Shown: positions 39,432 to 50,924, counted from the stretch's first letter. The stretch: DNA of 64,000 nt from an uncultured delta proteobacterium (GCA_963775425.1 CAVZJB010000005.1:640001-704000), one strand, 5' to 3'. Made by a program: numbers and translations. Notes: generated from the sequence alone by a model not told the origin.

Positions 39432-40526
39432 ATGAGGGTCCTTCAGCTCATGAAGACGCTGCGACGCGGCGGCGCCGAAGTGCTCGCTGCGTCGCTCGCC
39501 GCCGCTCACCGGTCTGATGTGGAGATGCTCTTCGGTTACTTCCACGCCGGCCAGGACACGCTCGCCGCGCAGTTGGAGGCGCTCGGTGTGCGAGCGATCT
39601 GCATTCCGAGTTACTCGCAAGCGGGAATCATCGCCAGCGCCGATCGAATTGCTCGACTCCTCGTTCGCGAGCGCATCGACCTCGTTCATTGCCACCTGCC
39701 GCTCGTCGGTTCGGTAGGCCGCCTGGCGTCGTCGTACGCCGGAAAACCATTGGTGTACACGGAGCACAACCTGTTCTCGTCGTACCACCCTGCCACGCGG
39801 CTCATGGCCCGAGCGACGTGGCACCTGCAGCGCCACGTCATCGTCGTCTCGGAGGAGGTGCGGCGCTCGTTGCCGTCCGGAGACGGCGGGCCGCCGGTCA
39901 CGCTGGTGCGAAACGCGGTCGACGTGGCTCGATTTCATCACGACGCGGTCGCCGGCGCGTCGATGCGAGCGACGCTCGGTATTCCGCGCGACGCGAGGGT
40001 CGTTGGCACCGTTGCGGTGTTCCGGCCCGCGAAGCGATTGGATCGCTGGTTGCGCGTGGCGAAGGGCGTCGCTGCCCGGGACCCGGGAGCGCACTTCCTT
40101 CTCGTCGGCTTCGGCCCCCTCGAGCAGGAGGTGCGGGATTGGGCGGGCGCCGCCGGGCTCGGCTCGCGTCTGGTGATGCCAGGACCGCAAGACGATGTTC
40201 GGCCGTTCCTGTCCGCGATGGATCTCTACCTCATGACGTCCGACTTCGAGGGCTTGCCGATCGCCCTCCTCGAGGCGATGGCCCAGGAGTTGCCCGTGGT
40301 GAGCACGGCCGTCGGCGGGATACCCGAGGTGCTCGTCGACGGTGAGATGGGCGCGCTCGTCCCGCGGGACATCGACGCGATCGTAGAGCGCGTCACCTCA
40401 CTGCTGCGGTCGGAGACGTTGACGCTCCTCGGGCGCCGCGGGCGCGCGCGTATCGATGAGCGCCACGGCATCGGAGCGATGGCGAGGACGATAGAGCAGA
40501 TTTACGACGACGTGCTGGCGTCATGA
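39432..40526 (+). CDS. Glycosyltransferase family 4
   Basis: GGAE, YTEH, SDFEGLPIALLEAMA. Confidence 0.92.
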   Translation: MRVLQLMKTLRRGGAEVLAASLAAAHRSDVEMLFGYFHAGQDTLAAQLEALGVRAICIPSYSQAGIIASADRIARLLVRERIDLVHCHLPLVGSVGRLASSYAGKPLVYTEHNLFSSYHPATRLMARATWHLQRHVIVVSEEVRRSLPSGDGGPPVTLVRNAVDVARFHHDAVAGASMRATLGIPRDARVVGTVAVFRPAKRLDRWLRVAKGVAARDPGAHFLLVGFGPLEQEVRDWAGAAGLGSRLVMPGPQDDVRPFLSAMDLYLMTSDFEGLPIALLEAMAQELPVVSTAVGGIPEVLVDGEMGALVPRDIDAIVERVTSLLRSETLTLLGRRGRARIDERHGIGAMARTIEQIYDDVLAS

Positions 40527-41842
40527 ACGAAACACCGCTGGAATGGCTGGTCGCCCTGCTGCCGATGACCCTGGCTGCGCCAGTCTTCGCGCTGTGGGCG
40601 CGTCGTTTCCCTCCGGCCGAGCGGAGGGTGTTCGCTTGGGTCCTGGCCGCGCATGTCCTCGCCGCTGCCGCGATCGTCATCGTCACCCGCGACGTCTACG
40701 GGTACGGCGACATGCTCAAGTACCACCGCACTGGCGTGCTCATAGCCGGCTACGTTCGCGCCGATGGCAGCTACTTCGCAGATGTGGTGCAGTTGATCTT
40801 CCATCGCGAGTCGGCGTTCGGCTTCGTCGACGGCGCTGGGACCACGACAGGAACGCTGCACGGGATCTCTGCGATCCTTGCGTTGTTGCTGTTCGACTCA
40901 CTGCCGGCCGCGTGTGTGGCCGTGGCCCTCGCGTCGGCGTCGGCGAAGCTCGCGCTCTACAGCACCTTCCGGGAACGTGTACACCCCACGCAGCGCTTTC
41001 GGCTCGCGATCGCGCTCGCGCTCATTCCAAGCTTCGTGTTCTGGTCGAGCGGTCTCCTGAAGGAGGGCGTCGCCGTCGCCGGACTCGGCTGGCTCGTGTG
41101 GGCCGTCGCGCCCTGGGTTGGCCTGAGGGCGCGCGCATTTTCGCCGCGGCGCTTCTTGGTAATGACGCCGGCGGCGCTCGCCGTCGCGCTGACCAAGCCG
41201 TACCTCCTGTTCCCGTTCGCGCTCGCGGCCGCGGCGTCGTGGTACGTCGCGCGGAGGAGGAGCAGCGGGTTGGCGGCTCTTTCACCCGTTCGCTTGACCC
41301 TTGCCGTCATCGGCGCCGTTGGCCTCATGATGGCTCTGAGCGCGTTGTTTCCGCGGTACGCCGCCGACAACGTCGTGGAGCAGGCGAGCACGCTCCGAGA
41401 GCTCGGCGCGACGCACAGCGGCGGCTCCACGTTCCAGCCCGTGCAACTGGGAGGTGGCGGTCTCTTCAGTCACCTCGTCTTCGCGCCCCTCGCGCTCGTG
41501 AACGTGCTGTTCCGACCATTCCTTTTCGAGGTGAGGAATCCGTTGATGCTCGTCAGCTCCGTGGAAGTCACCGCTGTGCTCGTCCTGTGCGTTCGCGCGC
41601 TTCGCCGAGGCGGAGTGCGCAGGACGATTTCGACAGTGTTCTCGGAGCCTGTGATGGCTTTCTGTTCGGTCTACGTCGTCGTTCTGGGGACGGCCGTCGG
41701 CCTGGCGACGACGAACATGGGCACGCTCACCCGCTATCGGAGCCCGATGATGCCGTTTCTCGGGCTCCTGCTGTTTGGACTTGCATTCGTGCATCCCCGG
41801 CCGCGAGCGATGCGCTTGCGGCGTGTGAGCGCGAAGAAGTGA
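40523..41842 (+). CDS. Multi-TM protein, putative Wzy-like polymerase
   Basis: About 10 hydrophobic segments with periplasmic loops (FWSSGLLKE, NMGTLTRYR); sits among GTs. Confidence 0.6.
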   Translation: MNETPLEWLVALLPMTLAAPVFALWARRFPPAERRVFAWVLAAHVLAAAAIVIVTRDVYGYGDMLKYHRTGVLIAGYVRADGSYFADVVQLIFHRESAFGFVDGAGTTTGTLHGISAILALLLFDSLPAACVAVALASASAKLALYSTFRERVHPTQRFRLAIALALIPSFVFWSSGLLKEGVAVAGLGWLVWAVAPWVGLRARAFSPRRFLVMTPAALAVALTKPYLLFPFALAAAASWYVARRRSSGLAALSPVRLTLAVIGAVGLMMALSALFPRYAADNVVEQASTLRELGATHSGGSTFQPVQLGGGGLFSHLVFAPLALVNVLFRPFLFEVRNPLMLVSSVEVTAVLVLCVRALRRGGVRRTISTVFSEPVMAFCSVYVVVLGTAVGLATTNMGTLTRYRSPMMPFLGLLLFGLAFVHPRPRAMRLRRVSAKK

Positions 41843-43005
41843 AGCCCCGTGTTGCACACGTTGCCACGGTAGATCTCTCGCTGCGTTACCTCCTTCTCAA
41901 CCAGCTCAGGTTCCTGCAGGCGCGCGGCTTCGATGTCACCGGGATCTCGCGCGCAGGCGAGCACGTGTCTGTGCTCGAGCGAGAGGGCATACGCCACATA
42001 CCGGTCGAGATGACGCGGGCGATGGATCCGCTTCGTGATGCCCTTTCCGTGCTGGAGCTGCAGCAGGTCTTTCGCCGGGAGCGATTCGACATCGTTCATA
42101 CCCACAACCCCAAGCCTGGGCTCTTCGGTCAACTGGCGGCGCGGGCGGCGGGAGTGCCGCTCGTGGTGAACACCATCCACGGCTTCTACTTCCACGACGG
42201 GATGAAGCCCCACGTCCGGCAGATGTTGATCTTCCTCGAGAAGATTGCGGCCCGCCAATCCGACGCCATCCTGTCCCAGAACCCGGAGGACATCGTCACC
42301 GCCGAGCGTGAGCGGATCGCGGCGCCAGGCGCCGTCACGCTGCTCGGAAACGGGATCGACCTCGCGCGATTCGATCCCGGCCGCGCGCGCGCGCGCGGAG
42401 AGGTGCGCGCCGCCCTCGGCCTCCCGCTCGATGCGTCGGTGGTCGGCTTCGTCGGACGGCTCGTCGAGGAGAAGGGGATCCTCGAGCTCTTCGAGGCGGT
42501 CACCCGCGCTCGAAGAAGACATCCTCGGGTGAGGCTCGTCATCGTCGGGCCTACGGACGCGGAGAAAACCGATGCGCTCAGCGCGGAGCTCCTGCGCCAC
42601 CGGTTTCCTGATGTGGACGTCGTGTTCACGGGGCTGCGCGACGACATGCCCGACATCCTCAACGCGCTGGACGTGTTCGTGCTCCCGTCCTGGCGCGAAG
42701 GCTACCCGCGCTCCCCCATGGAGGCGGCGGCCATGGGCGTGCCGGTCATCGTCACGAACATCCGGGGCTGCCGGGAGGTGTGCATCGACGGGGAGACCGG
42801 CCTCATGGTGCCCGTGAGAAATCCGGGGAGTCTCGGGACGGCAGTGGAGAGGCTCCTCGACGACCCCGCCGCGGCACGTCGGCTGGGAGAGAACGGGCGC
42901 GCCCTCGCACGCGCGCGCTTCGACGAACGCAACGTGTTTCGCACCGTCGAGGCCACCTATCACCGCCTCCTGGCCACGCGCGGGTCGAGGTTGAGGGAGC
43001 GATGA
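41839..43005 (+). CDS. Glycosyltransferase family 4 (PglA/CapM-like)
   Basis: HTHNPKPG, TIHG, GRLVEEKG, SWREGYPRSPMEAAA. Confidence 0.9.
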   Translation: MKPRVAHVATVDLSLRYLLLNQLRFLQARGFDVTGISRAGEHVSVLEREGIRHIPVEMTRAMDPLRDALSVLELQQVFRRERFDIVHTHNPKPGLFGQLAARAAGVPLVVNTIHGFYFHDGMKPHVRQMLIFLEKIAARQSDAILSQNPEDIVTAERERIAAPGAVTLLGNGIDLARFDPGRARARGEVRAALGLPLDASVVGFVGRLVEEKGILELFEAVTRARRRHPRVRLVIVGPTDAEKTDALSAELLRHRFPDVDVVFTGLRDDMPDILNALDVFVLPSWREGYPRSPMEAAAMGVPVIVTNIRGCREVCIDGETGLMVPVRNPGSLGTAVERLLDDPAAARRLGENGRALARARFDERNVFRTVEATYHRLLATRGSRLRER

Positions 43006-43631
43006 CAGGCACGCTCTACCGGCGCTTCGGCAAGAGGGTCCTCGATGTCGCCGTCGCGGGCGCCGCGCTCGGAGCGGCCGCTCCCATCATGGCGTGCGTC
43101 GCCGCCGCGGTCACGTTGACCGACGGGTGGCCCGTGGTCTTCCGCCAGACGCGCCCGGGCCTAGGGGGCGAGCCGTTCGAGTTCCTGAAGTTTCGAACGA
43201 TGCGCTCGTGCGCGGGCGCGGACGGCGCGCCGCTGCCTGACGCGCAACGGCTGACGCGGCTCGGGAGGGTGCTCCGCGCGGCGAGCCTCGACGAGCTGCC
43301 GCAGCTCATCAACGTCTTGCGCGGCGAGATGAGCGTCGTCGGGCCGCGCCCTCTCCTGATGCGATACCTCGAGCGTTACACACGGGAACAGGCGCGGCGC
43401 CACGAGGTGAAGCCGGGTATCACGGGATGGGCGCAGGTGAACGGGCGCAACAGCCTGTCGTGGGACGAGAAGTTCGCCCTCGACGTGTGGTACGTCGACA
43501 ACATGAGCCTCGCGCTCGACCTGAAGATCCTCGCCCTGACGGCATACAAGGTGCTGAACCGTGACGGCATCTCCTCGGCCGGCCACGCCACGATGCCCGA
43601 GTTCATGGGCGCGGTGAAGGAGGAGGCGTGA
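43002..43631 (+). CDS. pglC: Monotopic phosphoglycosyl transferase (PglC-like)
   Basis: KRVLD, KFRTM, SLDELPQLINVLRGEMSVVGPRP, KPGITGWAQVNGRN. Confidence 0.9.
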   Translation: MTGTLYRRFGKRVLDVAVAGAALGAAAPIMACVAAAVTLTDGWPVVFRQTRPGLGGEPFEFLKFRTMRSCAGADGAPLPDAQRLTRLGRVLRAASLDELPQLINVLRGEMSVVGPRPLLMRYLERYTREQARRHEVKPGITGWAQVNGRNSLSWDEKFALDVWYVDNMSLALDLKILALTAYKVLNRDGISSAGHATMPEFMGAVKEEA

Positions 43632-44218
43632 TCGTCGTCGGCGCCGGCGGCCATGGCAAGGTGATCGTGGCGCTCGCAAAGCAGCTGGGCATCGCCGTCG
43701 ACGCCGTCCACGACGACAACCCGGTGCTCCACGGGGCCTCCGTCCTCGGGGTGCCGGTGCAGGGCAGCGAGCCGCTCCGGGGGCGGCGAGCGGTCCTCGC
43801 CATCGGCAACAACCGCACGCGCCAGAGGCTCGCCGGCTCGCTGGATGCGGAGTGGACGACCCTCGTTCACCCCCGCGCGTTCGTCGACCCGAGCGTCAAG
43901 CTTGGACCCGGAACCGTCGTCTTTGCCGGTGCCGTCATCCAACCCGATGGTGCCATCGGAGCGCATGCGATCGTGAACACGGGCGCCTGTGTCGACCACG
44001 ACGCTGCCATCGGCGATTTCGTCCACCTCGCGCCGGGCGTCCATCTCGCGGGCACCGTCACCGTCGAGGAAGGGGCCTTCGTCGGTGTCGGCACCGCCGT
44101 CATCCCCGGGCGGAACATCGGAGCATGGGCGACGTTGGGCGCCGGCAGCGTCGTCGTGCGGGACATCCCGCCCGGGGTGACCGCGTTCGGCGTGCCGGCG
44201 CGGGTGAAGGGAGCCTGA
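43628..44218 (+). CDS. pglD: Sugar N-acetyltransferase (PglD/NeuD family)
   Basis: GAGGHGKV, AIGNN, hexapeptide repeats, DHD, GVPAR. Confidence 0.88.
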   Translation: MIVVGAGGHGKVIVALAKQLGIAVDAVHDDNPVLHGASVLGVPVQGSEPLRGRRAVLAIGNNRTRQRLAGSLDAEWTTLVHPRAFVDPSVKLGPGTVVFAGAVIQPDGAIGAHAIVNTGACVDHDAAIGDFVHLAPGVHLAGTVTVEEGAFVGVGTAVIPGRNIGAWATLGAGSVVVRDIPPGVTAFGVPARVKGA

Positions 44219-45345
44219 TGCCGCGCATCTACTTGTCGTCCCCCCATATGAGCGGCGAAGAGCTCGGGCTCATCGAGGAGGCGTTTCGGACGAATTGGAT
44301 TGCTCCGCTAGGCCCGCACGTGAACGCGTTCGAGCAGGAGCTCGCGGCGTACGCGGGCGTCGCGCACGCCGCCGCGCTCTCGTCGGGCACGGCGGCGCTC
44401 CACCTGGCGCTCCGCCTCCTCGACGTCCAGCGGGACGACGAGGTCCTGTGCTCGACTTTGACGTTCTCCGCGAGCGCGAACCCCATCGCCTACGAGGCCG
44501 CTCGTCCGGTGTTCCTCGATGCGAGCCGTACCACCTGGAACCTCGACCCGGAGCTGCTTGCCGAGGAGCTGGCGGATTGCGCCAGGCGCGGCAAGCTCCC
44601 GAAGGCCGTCATCGTCGTGGATCTCTACGGCCAGAGCGCGGATTGGGAGCCCATCCTCGAGGTGTCGGAGCGCCACGGCGTGCCGGTCATCGAGGACGCC
44701 GCGGAGGCGCTGGGGGCCGACTACAAGGGGAAGAAGTGCGGCTCGTTCGGCCGCATGAGCGTCTTTTCTTTCAACGGCAACAAGATCATCACGACGTCAG
44801 GCGGCGGTGCTCTCCTCAGCGAGGACCCGAAGCTCGTCGAGAAGGCGCGGTTCCTCGCCACGCAGGCGCGCGATCCCGCGCCGCACTATCAGCACAGCGA
44901 GATCGGCTTCAACTACCGCATGAGCAACGTGTGCGCCGCCATCGGCCGCGGGCAGCTGCGTGTTCTCGACGAGCGGGTCGCGCAGCGCAGGAGCGTCTTC
45001 GACCGCTATCGCGCGGCGTTCGAGGGTGTTCCCGGTCTCGAGCTCATCTCCGAGGCCGCATATGGGCGGTGCAACCGTTGGCTCACGTGCTTTCTCGTGG
45101 AGCCGGAGCGCTTCGGGGCATCCCGCGACGACATACGGGAGGCGTTGGCGGCGCGCGACATCGAGGCCCGCCCGGTGTGGAAACCGATGCACCTCCAGCC
45201 GGTCTTCGAAGGGTGCCGGATCCGCGGAGGCGCCGTCTCTGCGGACCTCTTCGAGCGGGGCCTCTGCCTGCCGAGCGGCTCCAACCTCCGCGTCGAGGAG
45301 ATTGATGAGGTCATCGACGTCGTCCTGTCGACGCAAAGGCGGTGA
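44218..45345 (+). CDS. pglE: DegT-family aminotransferase (PglE-like)
   Basis: LSSPHM, SSGTAALHL, EDAAEALG, SFNGNKIITTSGGG, RPVWKPMH. Confidence 0.9.
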   Translation: MPRIYLSSPHMSGEELGLIEEAFRTNWIAPLGPHVNAFEQELAAYAGVAHAAALSSGTAALHLALRLLDVQRDDEVLCSTLTFSASANPIAYEAARPVFLDASRTTWNLDPELLAEELADCARRGKLPKAVIVVDLYGQSADWEPILEVSERHGVPVIEDAAEALGADYKGKKCGSFGRMSVFSFNGNKIITTSGGGALLSEDPKLVEKARFLATQARDPAPHYQHSEIGFNYRMSNVCAAIGRGQLRVLDERVAQRRSVFDRYRAAFEGVPGLELISEAAYGRCNRWLTCFLVEPERFGASRDDIREALAARDIEARPVWKPMHLQPVFEGCRIRGGAVSADLFERGLCLPSGSNLRVEEIDEVIDVVLSTQRR

Positions 45346-45456
45346 TGTGATCGGGCCCGGTCGCCGGCGCCGCCGGTTCGGAAACCTGCCGACCCGGCTG
45401 GACGGGCGCGATAGAACGTTCGACCCTCCACGCGACACCAACGCCGGAAGCCGAGC

Positions 45457-47386
45457 GTGCAGCAGATGACGGCGAAGAAACCCTGGTGGTCCTTCTTGTT
45501 GCGTCGACCGATGCACCTGGTGCTCGACGCGCTGCTGCTGACGTTCGCCTTCGCCGCCGCCTACACCTTGCGCTTCGAGCTCGACGTCCCGATGGCGTGG
45601 CAGAAGCGCGCAGTCGCGCAGGCCCCGTTCGTCGTGGGCGTGGAGCTGGTCTCGCTGTGGGCGTGCGGTGTCTACACGTTCATCTGGCGGTATGTCGGCA
45701 TGCGCGAAGTGTCGGCGTTCGTTCGGGCAGGGGCGTTCTGGACCATCCCCATCGTGGTGATCCGTTTCCTGCCGTTCAACCACGTGGAATTCCTGCGGCT
45801 CCCGGTCTCCATCATCGCCATGGACGCCGTCTTCGCCTTCGTCGGCGTTCTTGGCTTGCGCGTGCTGCGCCGCTCCCTCCATGAGCGCTTCGAACGAACG
45901 TCCTCGTCGAGAGACGGGCGCAAGAAGCCCGTCCTCCTCATCGGTGCCGGCAAGGCGGGGACGCTGGCCGCTGGGAGATCGTCGGTCGCACGGACACGGA
46001 CCTCGACGTCAAAGGCTTCGTCGACGACGACGCGAGAAGACGGGTCGGTCATCCACGGCGTGAAGGTCCTCGCAGACACGCAGAAGCTGCCGAAGCTCGT
46101 GCGTGAGCTGGGCATCGACCACGTGATCATCACCATCGCCAAGGCGTCGCGCGCCGAGATGCGTCGGATCCTCGACATCTGCGAGAGTGCCCGTCAAGGC
46201 CCGCGTCATTCCCGGGCTCGGGGAGCTCCTCTCCGGGAACGTCTCGGTCAGCCGCATCCGCAACGTCGAGGTGGAGGACCTGCTGGGGCGCGAGCCCGTC
46301 GAGCTCGAGCACGAGCTGATGCAGCGCTTCCTCACGGCCGCGTCGTCATGGTGACCGGCGCCGGCGGCTCCATCGGCTCGGAGCTTGCCGCCAGACGATG
46401 CGCTACGGGCCCAAGGCGCTGGTGCTCGTCGAGCAGGCCGAAAATGCGCTCTTCATCATCGACAGGGAGCTTCGCGAGGCGTGGCCGCAGGGCAATATCG
46501 TCCCGTGGTGCGGACTTCGGTGACGAAGCGCGCATCGCCGGGATCTTCGCGGAGCACAGGCCTGAGGTCGTGTTCCATGCCGCCGCGCACAAGCACGTGC
46601 CGATGATGGAACAGAACCCCGGCGAGGCCGTGAAGAACAACGTCCTCGGCACGCGGACGTTGGCACGCATCGCCGGCGATGGCGTGGGCCGTTCGTGATG
46701 ATCTCGACGGACAAGGCGGTGAAGCCCACGTCGGTGATGGGCGCGACGAAGCGCGTCGCGGAGCTGTACGTCCAGGATCTCAACACGCAGTTCGAGGCGA
46801 CGCACTTCATGGCGGTGCGCTTCGGCAACGTGCTGGGCAGCGGGCAGCGTGATCCCGATGTTCCGGGAGCAGATCCTCAGGGCGGGCCGGTGACCGTTAC
46901 GCATCCCGACATGCGCCGTTACTTCATGACCATCCCGGAGGCGTCGCAACTCGTCCTGCAGGCCGGCGCCATGGGCGAGGGCGGGCGAGATCTTCGTGCT
47001 GGACATGGGCGAGCCGGTGAAGATCGTCGACCTCGCGCGAGACATGATCCGCCTGTCGGGCTTCCGACCGGGCGAGGATATCGACATCGTGTTCACCGGC
47101 ATCCGTCCCGGGGAGAAGCTCTTCGAGGAGCTCGCGGTCGATGAGAGATCGACAAGACCAAGCACCCGAAGATCTTCATCGGCCGCATCGCGCTTGCGGA
47201 TTCCGCGGTGTTCGAGGAAGAGCTCAAGTCCCTCGAGCGATGCCTCGACGGTGACGAGGCCAGCGTTTGCGTACGGCCCTCGCCTCCATCGTCCCCGAGG
47301 CGCGCCTGAGCGGTCTCCCGCCAGCGCCGCCGGCGACGCCCGCCGCGGACACGAACGCGCTGGCGCCGGTGCCGGCTACTTCCTGA
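45457..47386 (+). CDS. pglF: PglF/CapD-like membrane-bound UDP-GlcNAc 4,6-dehydratase, multiple frameshifts
   Basis: 4 [17 protein letters not shown] (other frame), [47 protein letters not shown] spread over shifting frames; reconstructed stop TGA 47384-47386. Confidence 0.88.
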
Positions 47387-49883
47387 GGCCGCTCGGCAGC
47401 GTGAGCTTCGGGGGCGGGAGGACGCCCATCTTCACGGCGAGCTCCCACACCGCGGATCGGCGGGAGCGGACGGAACGCGGCCTCGGCGGCGTCGCGAGCC
47501 CGCAACACCTCGCCGAGCGCAAGCGCGACTCCCGGATTCGCACCTGAACCTCCGGGTCCTTCGGCCTGCGCACCAGCAGGCGCTCGAGCGCCTCGAGCTC
47601 GGCCGCGTCGTTGTGATCCGCGTGCGCCATCGCGGCATCGAGGTCCGCGAGGAGCTCCGGGGTGCGCTCCTCGCGAGGCAGCGTCTTCAGTCTCGCGAGC
47701 AAGCGCTTTGCCTCCTCGATGTCGCCCGCACGCAGCGCGGCGTGGATGCGCCACTCGAGGAGCGGCGCCGGTGCCTCGACGCGCTCGTCCGCGGCGGCGG
47801 CCTCGGCCCGCGCCGCGACGAGGCCATCGAAGCTCTCGCGCGTCGTCGCGATGAGCGCGGCTGCTTGTCCGTCCATCCGCGGGCGGGCTTCGAGCGCGGC
47901 CATCTGCGCGCGCGCCTCGGTCTCGTCGCCTCTCTTCAGGGCGAGCTCCAACGCGGCGCGGCGCTGCGCGGTGTCGGCGTCCGCTCGCACCGCCACCTCG
48001 TCCATGCAGGCCTGCGCCTCGTCGAGCCGGTGCTCGTTGACCAGCACCTTGCAGAGCAACGTGATCGCCTCGGCGGTGTCCGGCACGGCGCGCCGCCGGA
48101 GCGCTTGATCATGCGTTCGCCAAACAATCTCCTTGAGCAGGTTGCGAGGCGGCGGCTTGCCGAGCCACGCCTGCCGGTACTCGAGCATGGACTGCTCCGG
48201 GTGCCCGGACGCCGCCAGCACCCGCGCCGCTTCGAGGTGCGAGGGCCCATGCGTCGGCCACAGGACCAGGGCGCGATTCGCCCACTCGAGCGCTTCATGC
48301 GGCGCCCGGCGGCGGCGCGCGTCGACGGCGCGCAGGTAGCAGTAATAGCCGTCGTGTGGATGCGCGGCGACGGCGCGCTCGATGAGCGCGGTGCGCGCGC
48401 TGTTGTTGGGCGCGTCCGCGAGCGCCTCGTCGAAGGAGCGACGCCACCTCGCTACTGCGACGGCCGCCGTCCACATCGTCAAGACCGTGAGCCCGAGGGC
48501 GCCGACGCGCACCCATGCCCGCGGTATGCGCACCAGGAGCGCGTCGCGCTCCAGGAGCCGTGCCGCGATGAGGCCGAGGAGCGCCGCTGCGAGGAAGATG
48601 CCCGCGGCGCTCTCGAGGACGAAGTCGAGGAGGTCGCCGAAGACGAGCACCGTGAGCGCGGGCAAGGGGAGGAGCTGCCGCGCATGACGGAGACCTGCCA
48701 ACATGGCGATCGCCGCGAACAAGCCGCTCGCGAGGATGAGCCCGCCGCCGGCGGCACCGTGGTCCACCAGCGTCTCGATGACGATGTTCTCCGCGCGGGT
48801 GTAGACCACGTTGGCGTCGGGCAACGCGTCGCCGACGACGGTGGTGAACACGTCCTGGAACCCGCCGTTGCCCGCTCCGACGAGGAAGTGGCTCCTCACG
48901 ACGTCGAGCGCGGGGCCGTAGATGTTGAGCTTCGATTTGTCGATCGTCTCCATGCCGAACGCAGAGAGCGCGTCGAGGATGGAGGTTCGCGCGGCGAACG
49001 TGGCGAGGATGGCCGCGGCGACGGCGCCGACCTGCACGGCGCTCAGGAGCCACCACCGTCGCGCGGAGCGCTCGGGAGGAGCACGGCGGACGAGGACGAA
49101 GCCGAGCACGAGCACACCTGCCAGGAGCGCGAGGAGGCCGCCGCGCGAATCCGTGAACGCGACGGACGCGCAGCACAGGAGTCCGGTGGCGGCGAAGAGC
49201 GCCGCCGTCCGGCGGTCACGCACGGCGAAGGCTCGAGCGCCGCACGCGAGGCCGAACGCACCGAACATCCGCGCAAGCTGGTTCGGGTTGACCATCGGCG
49301 CGTAGAAGAAACCCGGGTAGCGCGTGAACCGTCCCCACGCGCCGGGCACCTGGAGCAAGGTGTGCCCAAGGGCGACGGCGAACAGCGACGCCCCTCCCAC
49401 CAGGAGCACCTTCCATGCGAGCGCCCGGCGCCGCCGGTCTCGGGTAAGATCGGCGACGACGATGAACACCGCCAGGGCTCCGACGATGCGTACGGCGGCG
49501 AAGGCGGCCTCTGGAGGATCCACGGCGAGCACCGGGAGCACCATCGCCCGCGGATCCGCGGCGAGACCGGCGATGACGAGGTCGATGTTGGCGGTGCTCT
49601 CGGGCGAGATGAGCTGTCGCAGGCCGTGCGGGATCGGGCACAGCTCGACGAGCGTCAACAGCAGGCCGAGCACGAGCGGCAGGCCGAGCCACGACACGGC
49701 GAGCGTTCTTCGGCCTCGCCGTGCGACGAGCATCAACGCGAGCGCTCCGAGCGCGAGGCCGCTCGCTGCGCTTGCTACGAGGGGATGAACGCCACCGATG
49801 GCGAGCGGCAAGAACGCAACGGGAGCGAGAGCGAGCACGAGGGCGAGCTCGGCGAGGGGGACGCGAGGGCGCCGCTCGGGCAT
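47376..49883 (-). CDS. O-antigen ligase (Wzy_C) family membrane protein with C-terminal TPR-like helices
   Basis: About 12 TM, NPNQLA, SRGG, GAGNGGF..AEN; helical repeats in C-half; likely compensating frameshifts near 47460-47540. Confidence 0.8.
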   Translation of the reverse strand: MPERRPRVPLAELALVLALAPVAFLPLAIGGVHPLVASAASGLALGALALMLVARRGRRTLAVSWLGLPLVLGLLLTLVELCPIPHGLRQLISPESTANIDLVIAGLAADPRAMVLPVLAVDPPEAAFAAVRIVGALAVFIVVADLTRDRRRRALAWKVLLVGGASLFAVALGHTLLQVPGAWGRFTRYPGFFYAPMVNPNQLARMFGAFGLACGARAFAVRDRRTAALFAATGLLCCASVAFTDSRGGLLALLAGVLVLGFVLVRRAPPERSARRWWLLSAVQVGAVAAAILATFAARTSILDALSAFGMETIDKSKLNIYGPALDVVRSHFLVGAGNGGFQDVFTTVVGDALPDANVVYTRAENIVIETLVDHGAAGGGLILASGLFAAIAMLAGLRHARQLLPLPALTVLVFGDLLDFVLESAAGIFLAAALLGLIAARLLERDALLVRIPRAWVRVGALGLTVLTMWTAAVAVARWRRSFDEALADAPNNSARTALIERAVAAHPHDGYYCYLRAVDARRRRAPHEALEWANRALVLWPTHGPSHLEAARVLAASGHPEQSMLEYRQAWLGKPPPRNLLKEIVWRTHDQALRRRAVPDTAEAITLLCKVLVNEHRLDEAQACMDEVAVRADADTAQRRAALELALKRGDETEARAQMAALEARPRMDGQAAALIATTRESFDGLVAARAEAAAADERVEAPAPLLEWRIHAALRAGDIEEAKRLLARLKTLPREERTPELLADLDAAMAHADHNDAAELEALERLLVRRPKDPEVQVRIRESRLRSARCCGLATPPRPRSVRSRRSAVWELAVKMGVLPPPKLTLPSGLRK

Positions 49884-49925
49884 GGCCGACGCTAGCAGGC
49901 CAACGCGCCACACGACGAGGGGGGG

Positions 49926-50924
49926 ATGACGAGGGAGCGGCGGTTCGCCGCCCTCTGCGCGGCGTTGCAGCGCGGTGCATTCGGCACCGGCCCCCCGCCT
50001 CCGCTCGACGAGCAAGCGCCGCTGTTGGCGCTCGCCGAAGAACACGGCGTCGCGGGGATCGCGGCGCGTGGGCTCGAGGCTCCCGGCGCGCCGTCCGGCG
50101 CGGGGCTCGCGGCGGGCATGAGCCTCGAGGTCGTCTACCGCCGCGCGGCCCGGGCGCTCGAAGGGGAGGGGGTCCCGTTCGTCCTCTGGAAAGGCCTCCT
50201 CGCCGACGCCGCGTTCTACGGCGCCCGAGGCGCCAGACGCGCGACGGACATCGACCTCATCATCGAATCAGCAGATGACGTTCGGGCCGTCTCCGTGCTT
50301 GAACGCGCGGGGCTGCAGGTCGTGTCGCGCACCGGCAAGGCCACGGTGCTTCAGCCCGAGTCCGCGCCGATCGTCCTGGTCGACCTGCATCGCACGCCGT
50401 TGAACACGCCCCCGTTCCAGGCGACGTCAGCCGAGGTGCTCCGGCATCGCCGCTTCGTCGAGACGCCGATCGGGGTGCTCCCGGCGCCGCGCCCCGAGCA
50501 CCTGCTCGCGCTCATCGCGGGCAACCTCGCGGGCGGGCTGCTCGTCGGCCAGGTGCGCCTCTGCCTCGACGCCGCGGCGGTCCTGCGACACCAGACGATC
50601 GACGCGGCCTTCCTCATCGACGTCGCAAAGCGATGGCGTGTGGTCCCCGCGCTCTGGGGTGTGCTCCGTTTCGCCGAGGCTCGCTTCGGCGCGTCGCCTC
50701 CGCTGGACGTGATGCACCACCTTGCACCGCGACGGGCCCTCGCCGGCCACATCGAGAGGCTGTTCGGCGTGCGCGGGCCGCCGCGGGTGCCACGCTCCCG
50801 CTTCGCGGCTCTGGTCCTCGTGGACTGGCCGCTCGCCGACCGGCCCACGTGGATCGTCGAGAAGGTCGCCCGTGCAGGGGCACGGCGCGTCTGGAACCGC
50901 CGCCGCCGGCGTCGCCCGCGTTAG
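49926..50924 (+). CDS. Uncharacterised nucleotidyltransferase (NTP_transf_5-like)
   Basis: WKG..R..DIDL..VDLH pattern. Confidence 0.75.
   Translation: MTRERRFAALCAALQRGAFGTGPPPPLDEQAPLLALAEEHGVAGIAARGLEAPGAPSGAGLAAGMSLEVVYRRAARALEGEGVPFVLWKGLLADAAFYGARGARRATDIDLIIESADDVRAVSVLERAGLQVVSRTGKATVLQPESAPIVLVDLHRTPLNTPPFQATSAEVLRHRRFVETPIGVLPAPRPEHLLALIAGNLAGGLLVGQVRLCLDAAAVLRHQTIDAAFLIDVAKRWRVVPALWGVLRFAEARFGASPPLDVMHHLAPRRALAGHIERLFGVRGPPRVPRSRFAALVLVDWPLADRPTWIVEKVARAGARRVWNRRRRRRPR

Noticed and set aside
45950-47550. pglF as a real pseudogene or programmed frameshift
   Set aside because: Motifs are intact and indels continue into the neighbouring opposite-strand gene, which points to a low-quality sequence patch; not provable without reads
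49926-50924. Lasso-peptide/RiPP cluster
   Set aside because: No precursor, PqqD/RRE, B2 protease or cyclase nearby
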